64,000 bases of DNA from a virus (IMGVR_UViG_3300028048_003161); one strand, 5' to 3'; shown: positions 30,685 to 41,076, counted from the stretch's first letter. A program made the numbers and translations. Notes: a model not told the origin generated them from the letters alone.

Positions 30685-32124
30685 ATGTTATTAGGTAATG
30701 ATTATAGGAATGATGCTGTAGAAAAATTGTATGGAGACAGAATCGGAGATAGTTCAATCATCTTTACTCCTTGGGATACAGTAGAAAATATGTTAGATCT
30801 AATACCAGAGGACTTCTGGACACCTGATGTTACTATATTAGATATGTACTGTAAGTCAGGTAGGTTTCTTGTTGGGGCATTTAGAAAATTATATAATTCA
30901 CCTTATTTGGCATACTTGTCAGAGAGCGAGAGAACACTACATATCTTAAATAAGCAGTTATTCGGTTTGTGTGCTGACATGACATGTATGTTATTGTCAG
31001 AGGCTAATTTATATGGTCATGCTCAATATGGTAAAAAGCATATTAAATTAGTTGACACATATGATTATAACAGTGTAGTTAAGCAAAGAAAAGATGGTAT
31101 TATCAATAGGACATTAGAAGGGAAGTTTGGACAAATGAAGTTTGATCTGGTCATTGGAAATCCTCCATACAATAATGATGCATACATAGATTTCGTAGAG
31201 ATTGGACATAAATTAGCCACACAGTATAGCTGTTGGGTAACACCTGCAAAATGGCAAGCCAAAGCAGATAAAAAGAACGACATGTTCAGAAAAGCAATAG
31301 TGCCTTATATGAGTAAGATACTATTTTATAAGGACAGTCATGATATATTCAGCATACAAGAATGGGGTGGCATATCATACTATTTAGTAGATAAGAGTCA
31401 AAAAAGTAATAAAGTACAGATAAGGACAACCTGTAATAGTAATGATAATCTTAATTCAAGCTTTGAAGAACATGATGAGTTAAGTCCTGTACTATACAAT
31501 AGAAAAATTTTGCAACTAATTGGCAAAGTTGGTACACTTGGGGAAGGATTTAAGCAGTCGTTGTATGTAAAAAATACAGATCATGGGGAGAGTTGCATCG
31601 CTGGTACACTTGGGTTTAAACGACAGACATTTGTACATGAACAGGACAGAGGTGAATCTGCTATGAACAGTAACTATGTGGAGATAATGCAGGGAGATCA
31701 AGTATGTGGATACAAAAATAAAAAAGATTTATATACTCAATTGAACATTGATAAATGGAAGTGCATATGTTCAATTATGCCTGGTGCAGTATCACAGTTT
31801 GATCAAAACGGTCAAGTGCTGGGCATGATTAAGATAAGCATTATTGGACCTAATCAAGTACCTAAGGGCAGTTTTCCTGTGTTAAAATATTTTGACAGTA
31901 AGGAAGAATGCTATTCATTTGTGAGTTATTGTAATACAAGGTTAGTTAGTTTTCTGTTCTATTTGGGTGTATGCGGAACAACCTTAACTAAAGAGTTCTT
32001 TAGATTCATACCTGACCCTGTTAAATATGATCATATATTTACAGATGATGAGCTTTATAAGAAATATAACTTGACACAGGATGAAATAAGTATCATTGAA
32101 TCAATAATTAAAGAACGTAAGTAA
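30685..32124 (+). CDS. N6-adenine DNA methyltransferase (Eco57I/type IIG-like MTase plus TRD)
   Basis: DMYCKSGRF, IGNPPY, PAKWQ; C-terminus FRFIPD...TDDELYKKYNL paralogous to 323-1662. Confidence 0.9.
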   Translation: MLLGNDYRNDAVEKLYGDRIGDSSIIFTPWDTVENMLDLIPEDFWTPDVTILDMYCKSGRFLVGAFRKLYNSPYLAYLSESERTLHILNKQLFGLCADMTCMLLSEANLYGHAQYGKKHIKLVDTYDYNSVVKQRKDGIINRTLEGKFGQMKFDLVIGNPPYNNDAYIDFVEIGHKLATQYSCWVTPAKWQAKADKKNDMFRKAIVPYMSKILFYKDSHDIFSIQEWGGISYYLVDKSQKSNKVQIRTTCNSNDNLNSSFEEHDELSPVLYNRKILQLIGKVGTLGEGFKQSLYVKNTDHGESCIAGTLGFKRQTFVHEQDRGESAMNSNYVEIMQGDQVCGYKNKKDLYTQLNIDKWKCICSIMPGAVSQFDQNGQVLGMIKISIIGPNQVPKGSFPVLKYFDSKEECYSFVSYCNTRLVSFLFYLGVCGTTLTKEFFRFIPDPVKYDHIFTDDELYKKYNLTQDEISIIESIIKERK

Positions 32125-32144
32125 AAAGTAGGAGGAATATAAAA

Positions 32145-33674
32145 ATGTTAAAGGTAAACATTCCAGAAAAAGAGGATATGTTAGTGTTTAGAAATGAGAG
32201 CACTAAAGAGTTGGTTACAGTGTTTAAAAATGGTAGAGTGGCTACTAAAGAAATTTCATACCCTTCCATTGATGCTTTCTTAAAAGCAACAGGAATTGAG
32301 TATTCAGACAGCAACTTGGTAGTTATAGACTGCAATAATAAATCAGCAGGAACTTTAGCAGATTATATAATCACAGATGAGACTAGTGATGAAAAAGACA
32401 CAGCAGCTGAAACAGACACACAAGCAGCTGACACAGACACACAAGCAGAGGAAACAGACACACAAGCAGTTGAAGCAGAAGAAAAAGCAGCTGACACAGA
32501 AGAGTCAGCAGAGGAAGTTGCAGATATAGACAGTATGATTTTAGAGGCATACAGGGATAAAGAGAAGAGGACAAATCAGATGACACATCAGATGTCTATA
32601 ACAGACAGTGAGATTGTAAATAACTTGTCTGATGTAGACAGGGATATGTTTATTGGTCAGACAGATGCAATTGGTAAGGGCATTGCAGAAGTTGCAAACA
32701 ACCTAGAAAAGATCAACAGTCAGTTAAGCGAAAAGTCATCTTCATCTAATAAAAGCAGTGACACAGAAGTTGAGCAGTTCGCTGATGCTGAATTACATCA
32801 CAAACCTTTTGACAGCATTTGGTTACCTGGAGAATATACAAAAGATAGCTTAATTACAATTCTAAAAATTAGAAAAGCAGTGATGTTTTATTCAGCTCCT
32901 GGTATGGGAAAGACAACTACAGCAATTGCACTTGCAAATGAGTTTGCAGGTGATGCATCAAGAGTAACTATTGTGCAGTTTAGTGAAAATTATAGTTACA
33001 CTGATTTCATTGGTGGACTTAGACCAAGTGAGGATACAAAGAGTGGTTTCAAGTATACAGATGGAATTTTTACTAAACTTTGTAAAAAGGCATACAGTGA
33101 CAGTGATAATAGATATGTACTTGTGATTGATGAGATCAACAGAACAAAAGTTGAGGAAGTCATTGGAGAAATGATGAATCTCATGGAAAGACGTGGTGAG
33201 CCTATTACAATTAGGAATGGTTCTAAACTGGTGATGCCTGATAACTTGTTTATTGTAGCAACAATGAATGCAATGGATAATGGAATTCATAAGATGTCAG
33301 CAGCTACTATTGATAGATTTGCAGTGATTGATATGAGTGAAGCAAGGATTAACATTGACAGCATTAAACCTGATTGTGATAGTTTATTGAAATCAGCAAT
33401 GAAAAAGGTATATGAGGCAGTGGTTACTATAAATGAATACTTGGAGAAAGATATCAAAGGCAAACAGAATATTATTGGACCTAGGTTCTTGTTTACTGAT
33501 TATTCAAGTGTGTCAGAATTAAAATTGATTGTAGACACTAGTGTTAAGCCTTCAATTTCAAAGAAAGAGCAGTCATTAAATGAGACAGACAAGGAAAGAA
33601 TTGTAGGACTTGTAGCAAAAATGGATGCACAGTTAGAGAATTACATTGAGCAGGAAAAGGACATGACAGAATAA
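32145..33674 (+). CDS. mcrB: McrB-family AAA+ GTPase motor
   Basis: APGMGKT, VQFSENYSYTDFIGG, LVIDEINR, TMNAMD (NxxD), RF; followed by mcrC. Confidence 0.88.
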   Translation: MLKVNIPEKEDMLVFRNESTKELVTVFKNGRVATKEISYPSIDAFLKATGIEYSDSNLVVIDCNNKSAGTLADYIITDETSDEKDTAAETDTQAADTDTQAEETDTQAVEAEEKAADTEESAEEVADIDSMILEAYRDKEKRTNQMTHQMSITDSEIVNNLSDVDRDMFIGQTDAIGKGIAEVANNLEKINSQLSEKSSSSNKSSDTEVEQFADAELHHKPFDSIWLPGEYTKDSLITILKIRKAVMFYSAPGMGKTTTAIALANEFAGDASRVTIVQFSENYSYTDFIGGLRPSEDTKSGFKYTDGIFTKLCKKAYSDSDNRYVLVIDEINRTKVEEVIGEMMNLMERRGEPITIRNGSKLVMPDNLFIVATMNAMDNGIHKMSAATIDRFAVIDMSEARINIDSIKPDCDSLLKSAMKKVYEAVVTINEYLEKDIKGKQNIIGPRFLFTDYSSVSELKLIVDTSVKPSISKKEQSLNETDKERIVGLVAKMDAQLENYIEQEKDMTE

Positions 33675-33709
33675 AAAATTGGACAGCAGATGTTTAATTG
33701 GAGGACAGG

Positions 33710-34741
33710 ATGCAATTAGAAAACATTGAGTGGAAAAACATATATCATATGTTGTGTTACGCTGTTGATGAATTAAGATACTTCAATGAGAATTGGATTG
33801 ACTATGAAGAAATCAATGGTGAGCATGATTTACTGGCTGAACTTTTGTGTAGCAGTTTCAAGTTAGTTTATGACAATGGTTATTTGTATGAATACATTTC
33901 AAAAGAAATTGTTACAGATAAACCTTATGGAGACATTAACATTGAAAAGAGCATTGAGACAGGAGTTCTTGCAGACAGGAAATTGGTTTGTACAGTGAAT
34001 AGTTCAGACATTGATAATAGATATAATCAGCTTATTAAGCTAGCATTTAATTTGTTATTGGAGTCAAACAATGTGATTAGTAAGAAGATTAGTATAAAGT
34101 TGGTTGCACGTCTAAAACAGTATGTTATGTTACTAGATGAGGTGACTGACATAGAGCCTAGTAGAGAGGTACTTATAGGTTTAGATGAGGCGACAGAGTG
34201 GTATAGACCTGTACTATCAGTTTGTAATTTAATTGTGAACGATTGGCTAGCATGGGATGAAAGTGGTGAGCAGAGACTTCTTAGTTTGGAGGATGGTGCA
34301 AGATTAAGATACATATATCAAAAGGCAACTAAAAACTACTACAGACAGTGGGGTAAGTACAAAGTCATTACAGAAACTTATAAGGCAGATGATAATGACG
34401 ACGACAGTAACTTTTTGTTAATACCTGATTGTGTGCTTGTAAACGAGAGAAAGAAAAAGTTATTAATTATTGATAACAAATGGTATGAGCGCAGTGATCC
34501 TAGGTCATCAATGGGAAAGACATTAACTTATGGTATTAGGGCAAAGAAAACAAAAAGAAAAGACTATGAGATTAGTGCAGTTACATTGGTTGCAAGTTCA
34601 AATAAAAGTGGACCTGCTTGTGTAGATAAAAGGACACCAGATATTGATGTTGAGTCATCATTATATTTTCAGAAAATGAACACTGATTTTGAAAGTATTA
34701 AGCAGTCATGGAATGACTTGGCAGACAAATACTTGAATTAG
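33710..34741 (+). CDS. mcrC: McrC-family PD-(D/E)xK nuclease subunit
   Basis: N-terminal NIYHMLCYA, G.INIEKS, DNRYNQLIK, PD...IIDNKWY. Confidence 0.82.
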   Translation: MQLENIEWKNIYHMLCYAVDELRYFNENWIDYEEINGEHDLLAELLCSSFKLVYDNGYLYEYISKEIVTDKPYGDINIEKSIETGVLADRKLVCTVNSSDIDNRYNQLIKLAFNLLLESNNVISKKISIKLVARLKQYVMLLDEVTDIEPSREVLIGLDEATEWYRPVLSVCNLIVNDWLAWDESGEQRLLSLEDGARLRYIYQKATKNYYRQWGKYKVITETYKADDNDDDSNFLLIPDCVLVNERKKKLLIIDNKWYERSDPRSSMGKTLTYGIRAKKTKRKDYEISAVTLVASSNKSGPACVDKRTPDIDVESSLYFQKMNTDFESIKQSWNDLADKYLN

Positions 34742-34867
34742 GGCATATAATTAAGTGAATAAGGCATAGGCAATAATGGGGAGTTGCAGCTTATATTAAG
34801 ATGTGGCAATAGTTAATAACCTTTTTGACACTACAAAATTAAAAGATCAGAAAGGAGATTTTGTTTA

Positions 34868-35545
34868 ATGCAGTTAACAATTTTAATGCCATGCTTAAAC
34901 GAGTCTAGGACAGTGGGTAAATGTGTGGATGATGCACACAAGTTTTTACAAAAGAACAATATTGACGGAGAAGTAATTGTAGCAGACAGCAGTAGTGATA
35001 TGTCAGCCGACATTGCTGAATCACATGGGGCAAGAGTAGTAAGTTGCAAGTCTAAAGGATATGGGGCACGAATTAAAAGAGGTTTATCATGTTCAAGAGG
35101 TAAATACATCATAGTTGCTGATTGTGATGGCAGATATGACCTTAGACATTTGGAAAGTTTATATAAAGCACTAAAGAATGGATTTGACTTTGTAGTAGGT
35201 GATAGGTTTGCGTGCTATATTGAAAAAGGTACACTATCAATTAGGCATAAGTTTGGTGCAAAGTTTGTTTCATTTATGGGCAGAAAAATGTTTCATAATG
35301 ACATTCAAGATTATACTTGTGGACTTAGAGGAATGAGCAAGGAGTCAGCTGATAATTTGGACTTTCATAGTGATTCTGGAGCACTTGCAACAGAAATGGT
35401 TGCAGACTATGAAAAGAGTGATTACAGTATGTGTCAGGTACCTGTATTTTTGTATAATAAACATGAGGTAATAGACACATTTACACCTAGTAAATGGTTT
35501 ACACACTTAAAAATGATGTTTAAAGTAAAACACAGTACAATATAG
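34868..35545 (+). CDS. glycosyltransferase family 2 (polyprenol-phosphate GT-like)
   Basis: ILMPCLNE, VIVAD, GYG, DCD (DxD), VGDRF, CGLRG. Confidence 0.85.
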   Translation: MQLTILMPCLNESRTVGKCVDDAHKFLQKNNIDGEVIVADSSSDMSADIAESHGARVVSCKSKGYGARIKRGLSCSRGKYIIVADCDGRYDLRHLESLYKALKNGFDFVVGDRFACYIEKGTLSIRHKFGAKFVSFMGRKMFHNDIQDYTCGLRGMSKESADNLDFHSDSGALATEMVADYEKSDYSMCQVPVFLYNKHEVIDTFTPSKWFTHLKMMFKVKHSTI

Positions 35546-35610
35546 ATTGAAAATGGATAGACGTAAAAAGAATAAAAACTAGCATAAGCTAAAAAGCACA
35601 AGAAAACTGA

Positions 35611-35660
35611 AAATAGTGGACAGCAGTGGTAATTAAATCTGTTGTTCACTATTTTTATTT
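35611..35660 (+). terminator. Rho-independent terminator
   Basis: AAATAGTGGACAGCAG...CTGTTGTTCACTATTTTT. Confidence 0.7.
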
Positions 35661-35737
35661 ATGCACTAATATAAAAAGGTCCAGATTGTAGGGCAGTTAG
35701 ATATAATAAATAAAAGAAAAATTTAGGAGGCTGGAAA

Positions 35738-37894
35738 ATGGTTGATGCAGTATATATGTATATTAGGGGCTTATGGTTTAATACACAGGTCAATAGGTAT
35801 GTAAGAATTAGACCTTCTGATATCAAGTCTAACAATACAGAAGAGAATAACAAGCAGGTTGAGGAATATATTGACAGGATTGATGAGTTACTTGACCTTC
35901 ATCATAGAGTTAAGATGCTTGGTAAAATAGTTTGTATGCTCGGTCAGGTTCCTCTTGTAGACTTGGATGAAGAGGGAGATAACATCCCTAATTTGACCTT
36001 TAACCTTGTAGCTTGCATAGAATCAACATCAGACAGATTGACACATCATACAAGAAATATAAGAAGGGCATTAAAGAAATATGGATTAGACAGTACAGAT
36101 GGAGAAATCAGCACTTGTATAAAAGACAGTATTGATTGGATGGAAAATAAGCAAAACAAACAAATTGAACTTGCATTGAATTTCATCAAGGATCTTGGAC
36201 TACAGGGAGTGCTGGACACTATTAAAGAGACAAGTGGTTTAGGTTTAATAGAGGATATGCAGGCTACTATTGGACGAGACAGTAGATGGATTAAGTCATA
36301 CATGACTAAAATGAGAAATATTGCATATGATAATAACATTCCTTGGATCAAACTTCATGGTGATTTAGTAGAGTATCAGCATAAGAAGCAAAAGGAACTT
36401 GACTATAATTTGGACAGTGCATTACATAAAGGGATTAAGCAGTTCAAAGAGGCAAAGAAAGCATTAAGAATATCTGAAAGCAACATTAAACATATGATTG
36501 CTAACAACTACAATGAGCCTAAAGAGGCATTTAGTGACCTTTCAAATTATAGTGAGGACATTGTGGCGGAGAGTAAGTACAATGTTTATTTGATACAGGG
36601 TTTAGATCAGCAAAATCAGTTGAGATTTGTCAGCTCATCATTTGGAAAAGAGACAAGACGTTACAGAGATTATATGATGAACAATGGTGATGGGCATACA
36701 ACACCTGAAAAGGCAGAGAAGTTCAGATATGGAAAGCAGTTTACTGCAACTGATAGTTTTGATGCTAAACTCTTCTTAACAAGAGAGGACGCAGAGATGT
36801 TTATCTTTGAGCAGGAGTTAGAAATGAATGACTTCTTTAAGACAGAAGAGGTCCTTGAAATAAATGTGAAAGTCTTGTATGATAGATACAATAACAAGTA
36901 TAAGGAAATGAGATACAGTGATCCTACTAACCTCGGCTTAATGAAAGATGGGATACTTGTAGGGAATATTGATGGTGCAGCTAGTGATATCTATGATTTG
37001 CTTTCAAAATGGGCTGGTACAGCTGATCGAGTAAAAGTAGAGAATAAAATAAAAGAAGCAATAACTGAACAAGTTGACAAATCAATTAACATAGGATTTG
37101 ATAATTTTAACATTGAGAAGTTTATCAACAAACATGGAGTAGGAAAGGTAAGCTTCAAATTAAATGGGTACTCATTGGTTTATGCTGACAGGACAGCAGA
37201 TGGAACATTTAACATTTATGTCAAGCATTTCACAATTGGCAGGGTTAAAGACAAGAAGGGCTCAGAGAGAATGTTGATTGACATACTTGATAGTGGAGAG
37301 ATCAATGAGGGAAATGTTTGGGACTACTTGGTAGATACTAAAGCATATTCAGAAAGAGCAATTAGACATAACTTGACTAGTTTGTACGAGGGATATAGTA
37401 GATGGAGCATCCTTGTAAAAACATCTGTACATGGGGCAGACATTACAGACGTAGCAGTAAATTGTGAGATTGCATTAAAGAAAGTCAAACAGACACTGAA
37501 ATTGTTAGATAGTACATATGAAAGTTTAACAAATAAGGAAAAGAGTGGTACCATTGAGGAAAAAGGATTGGTCAGTAGGATAAACAGGGCGAAAGCAGAG
37601 ACAGGAAAAGCATACATAGTGGGAAGATGCAACATCAGTACAGTTAAACCTGGAGACATTGAGAAAATTGGCAGAGGAACAGGAATTACATTGTATTCAG
37701 AGGACGATGTATTTTCATCATCAATGAACAAAATAAAAGTGTTTAGTAGCTTCGCTGATGCAAAGAAAACCACAGATCAAGTTAGAGGTAAGCATTGGGA
37801 TAAGAGGTTTATCATGGAGGTTGGACATGAGAAAGAGTGCAAGATCACAGGTAAAATTGGGTTTAGCATAGAGAAAAAGGAACAATTAGCATAG
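35738..37894 (+). CDS. hypothetical protein (718 aa)
   Basis: Long ORF with AGGAGG RBS. Confidence 0.75.
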   Translation: MVDAVYMYIRGLWFNTQVNRYVRIRPSDIKSNNTEENNKQVEEYIDRIDELLDLHHRVKMLGKIVCMLGQVPLVDLDEEGDNIPNLTFNLVACIESTSDRLTHHTRNIRRALKKYGLDSTDGEISTCIKDSIDWMENKQNKQIELALNFIKDLGLQGVLDTIKETSGLGLIEDMQATIGRDSRWIKSYMTKMRNIAYDNNIPWIKLHGDLVEYQHKKQKELDYNLDSALHKGIKQFKEAKKALRISESNIKHMIANNYNEPKEAFSDLSNYSEDIVAESKYNVYLIQGLDQQNQLRFVSSSFGKETRRYRDYMMNNGDGHTTPEKAEKFRYGKQFTATDSFDAKLFLTREDAEMFIFEQELEMNDFFKTEEVLEINVKVLYDRYNNKYKEMRYSDPTNLGLMKDGILVGNIDGAASDIYDLLSKWAGTADRVKVENKIKEAITEQVDKSINIGFDNFNIEKFINKHGVGKVSFKLNGYSLVYADRTADGTFNIYVKHFTIGRVKDKKGSERMLIDILDSGEINEGNVWDYLVDTKAYSERAIRHNLTSLYEGYSRWSILVKTSVHGADITDVAVNCEIALKKVKQTLKLLDSTYESLTNKEKSGTIEEKGLVSRINRAKAETGKAYIVGRCNISTVKPGDIEKIGRGTGITLYSEDDVFSSSMNKIKVFSSFADAKKTTDQVRGKHWDKRFIMEVGHEKECKITGKIGFSIEKKEQLA

Positions 37895-37984
37895 ACGAGA
37901 AAGAGCATGCAGAGGCATAACAAGGGCTAAGCATTAAAGAAGGCAAGCTTCAAGATTATACAAAAGAATAGGGCATATGACAAT

Positions 37985-38026
37985 AAAGCAAGCACACCAT
38001 ATATTAAGTAGGATGTGCTTGTTTTA
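37985..38026 (+). terminator. Rho-independent terminator
   Basis: AAAGCAAGCACA...TGTGCTTGTTTT. Confidence 0.6.
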
Positions 38027-38099
38027 GATCATAGGGTACAAATAAAAATATGTTTTTATTAAAATTTAAAATAAAAAGAGAAGGCAGAGGGTTTTAATG

Positions 38100-38790
38100 A
38101 ACATGCATAGCAAAAAGAAAGCAGCATCATAGAGAAATTGAATGGTACAGATAGTACAAAGAGATATACACTTGGGGGATAATGTTTAGCATAGGAATAT
38201 GTGCTGGGGGATGCATAGAGAAATAAAAAGCTGATGCATCACTAAATTTAAGGTGGTGCATCGCTAGTTTTGAGTGATGCATAGAAATATGAAATGTTTA
38301 GCACTCAAATGGATGTATGCATAGGAGAAGTGGGAAACAATGATGCATCTATGATTTTTGGGGGATACACTGACAAATTGAGAGGGGATACATCGCTTAA
38401 TAAAACAAAGATGCATAGAAAAACAGGAAAAATTGATGCACCTCTAAAAAGAAGGATACACCTATGGTAGAGGGATGATGCATAGCAACATGAAGGGTAA
38501 TGCATCACTTGTTTCAGGGGGATTCATTGGTGGAAAAAGGGTGATGCACAGCTATGAAAAGTTGATACATAGTGAACTAAATGGTTTAATCACCTCTATA
38601 AAAGTTGATGCATAGCAAATTAAAAGAGTGATGCACCACTATAAAAGTTATATCATCGCTATAAAAATTGATATCATAGGACAAAAAGAGATGATGCATC
38701 ACTATGAAAAGCAGATGCCTCACTATTTAAGAAGATAATGCATCACTATGAAAATTGCATCATATACAAAATCAATATATTTAGCATACA
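38100..38790. repeat. GATGCA-core array III, ~22-bp period
   Basis: Cores at about 38210, 38233, 38254, 38276, 38342, 38364, 38386, 38410, 38434, 38455, 38477, 38499, 38521, 38543, 38564, 38607, 38629, 38694, 38714, 38737. Confidence 0.85.
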
Positions 38791-38820
38791 ATGATAATTG
38801 AGTCATAGGAGGATAAAAAT

Positions 38821-39315
38821 ATGAACATTAAGATTTATACAGATGGAGCATGTTCAGGAAACCCTGGACCTGGTGGTTGGGGTTGTGTATTACAGGCATT
38901 TTTACCTGATGGACAGCTCTTTCAAAGAGAGCACAGTGGTGGATATAGGATGACTACAAACAATAGGATGGAGCTAGCAGCTATAATCAATGGTTTGACT
39001 TACATCAATGGAGTAGGTCATGATGTAGAAATCATTTCAGACAGTGGCTATGTTTGTAATGCATTTAACGAGGGATGGATAGATAATTGGAGAAGAAACA
39101 ATTGGACAAAGGGCAAAAATGGTAGACTACCTAATGCTGATATGTGGCGGACACTATGGAATTTAGTGACCATGCAGAGAAATGTTAAGTTTACATTGGT
39201 AAAAGGACATGAGAACACAGAGTTGAACAATAGATGTGATAAGATGGCAGTAGCAGCAAGAAAAGATACAGCTCATTTGGAATTGGACTTTGGATATGAA
39301 CAGGGACTAGCATAG
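38821..39315 (+). CDS. rnhA: ribonuclease HI
   Basis: YTDGACSGNPGPGGWG, TTNNRMEL, SDSGYV, NADMW, VKGH..N.RCD. Confidence 0.97.
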   Translation: MNIKIYTDGACSGNPGPGGWGCVLQAFLPDGQLFQREHSGGYRMTTNNRMELAAIINGLTYINGVGHDVEIISDSGYVCNAFNEGWIDNWRRNNWTKGKNGRLPNADMWRTLWNLVTMQRNVKFTLVKGHENTELNNRCDKMAVAARKDTAHLELDFGYEQGLA

Positions 39316-39330
39316 AGGTCAAGTTGGTTT

Positions 39331-40155
39331 ATGCAGAATAAAAATAAAATCAAGCAGGAACTAAATGAAAAGCTTTACAAAATGTATAATGCTAAGCATT
39401 GGCAAGATTACAATGGTTCAATTGAGAAGTATGAATGCACTATCAACAAAGAGCATGGACTTTTCAAAGAAAGAGTAAGCAAACAAAGTAAAGATCACAT
39501 CATGGAGCAAGTTGCATATGAGATAGCAAATGTACTTGGGGTCAGATGTTGTAAGGCATCATGCAGGAAAGTAAATAGTTTATATGGAGCATTTTCAAGG
39601 TTTGAGGTACAAGATATAAGAAATATAATACCTTATGAAAGTATAATTGGTACAGTTGAATTAAGTGCAGATGAACTTATGAAAAGGACAATAGTACTTA
39701 CAAAAGGTAGGTATAACAGTTTTGTTTTGGAGTTATATCAGTTTATAATATTTGACTACATCTTAGGACAGATGGACAGACACATGGAGAACTTATCTGT
39801 ATACAGGAATAATAAAAGACAGACAATATGGTATCCTTTGTATGACAATGGGTTATGTTGTTTTTCTACATTTGGTAATGATGCAGCTGTGAAATATATG
39901 GACATGGGGTATTTCTCATCAAGACTAGGATTTAGTGAGGAAATACTTCAGTGTTTAGTAGAGTATAGGCATTTGATTTATCCTGGTGACCTTAGAGAAA
40001 TAGTGAGGTATCATCTACTAAATGAAAATGTACTTGGTGAAATAATAGATAAGTCTAACAAATACAATCAACTTACATTAGAAAGAAGAAACTGTACAAT
40101 TAAGTTTATTATGAATAACATCAGAGAAATTGATAGGCTCAATATGACAGCATAA
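39331..40155 (+). CDS. HipA-like Ser/Thr kinase (catalytic domain only)
   Basis: LFK, EQVAYEIANVLG, FDYILGQMDRHMENL, PLYDNG. Confidence 0.85.
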   Translation: MQNKNKIKQELNEKLYKMYNAKHWQDYNGSIEKYECTINKEHGLFKERVSKQSKDHIMEQVAYEIANVLGVRCCKASCRKVNSLYGAFSRFEVQDIRNIIPYESIIGTVELSADELMKRTIVLTKGRYNSFVLELYQFIIFDYILGQMDRHMENLSVYRNNKRQTIWYPLYDNGLCCFSTFGNDAAVKYMDMGYFSSRLGFSEEILQCLVEYRHLIYPGDLREIVRYHLLNENVLGEIIDKSNKYNQLTLERRNCTIKFIMNNIREIDRLNMTA

Positions 40156-40192
40156 ATCATAGAAATTGTACAATTAAAATAAAGGAGAGGCA

Positions 40193-40774
40193 ATGGGAGT
40201 TTATTATAAGAGCAAGTTCACAGATTTTGCAGCATCTGAACCTCCTTACACAGACACAGTTTATTGTAAGGATGAGAATAGAACAGTTTGTATAATACAT
40301 ATAGATGAAAATTGGAACATGTACGGAGAAGTAATTGACCCTTACGATTTGTTTATTAGTCCTGTAAAACCTATATTTGGACCATTAAATCAAGAGCAGT
40401 GTGAGCGTATGTTGATGAAAGATGCACCTAAATCTAACAGGGTGGATGTAATGAGAGAACTTGATATGGAGTTTATGGACTATGCAAAATTGATGTATTG
40501 CACTAGGTTAATAAATCTCATTAACAATTATTGGCTAGCATGGTCAGAGGATGATAAGGTTGAGGACTATCATCCTAGGTTTAATAAAGAGATCATGAAG
40601 GAAAGAGAGGCAAGCATGATAAAACTTGACCCTGAGCCTGAAGATTTGGAACCTAGCACACCTTATTGGGTGCCTGACTGGAGTAAGAGTATGGAAAACT
40701 TTGATAGACCAGAGATCAACAGTGAGATTGATACATCAGACATGGAATTTGGTAGTTCAAGGTTTGACACATAA
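40193..40774 (+). CDS. putative partner of the HipA-like kinase (resembles the N-terminal coupling domain)
   Basis: Follows the kinase; R.DV...L...D..KLM..TR..NL.NNYWL resembles the N-domain end of Firmicute HipA-like kinases. Confidence 0.5.
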   Translation: MGVYYKSKFTDFAASEPPYTDTVYCKDENRTVCIIHIDENWNMYGEVIDPYDLFISPVKPIFGPLNQEQCERMLMKDAPKSNRVDVMRELDMEFMDYAKLMYCTRLINLINNYWLAWSEDDKVEDYHPRFNKEIMKEREASMIKLDPEPEDLEPSTPYWVPDWSKSMENFDRPEINSEIDTSDMEFGSSRFDT

Positions 40775-40804
40775 TACATCAAGAAGAAAAGGTAAACACT
40801 AGAA

Positions 40805-41065
40805 ATGGAACTATTTTGCATTGTATATTATATTTGCAGCTATATTGCAGGAATACCTGCTATAGTAAAATTGATTAAGACAAAGAAAAGTAATGACTAT
40901 TCATTAGCAGAGGCAATTATAACAATAGTTGGAACAACTTCATGGACAATATACATTTTCAGTACAAGTCAAAGCATATGGGTTTATGTGGGCACAATAC
41001 TAGATCAAGTTATTGTACTTGTCTGGGATGGATTAATCATTAAATATTTCAAGAAAGAGCAGTAA
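40805..41065 (+). CDS. PQ-loop/SemiSWEET-type 3-TM transporter
   Basis: 86 aa, 3 TMs, IPAIVKLIKTKKSNDYS, W.IY. Confidence 0.7.
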   Translation: MELFCIVYYICSYIAGIPAIVKLIKTKKSNDYSLAEAIITIVGTTSWTIYIFSTSQSIWVYVGTILDQVIVLVWDGLIIKYFKKEQ

Positions 41066-41076
41066 CAAATGAGGGA

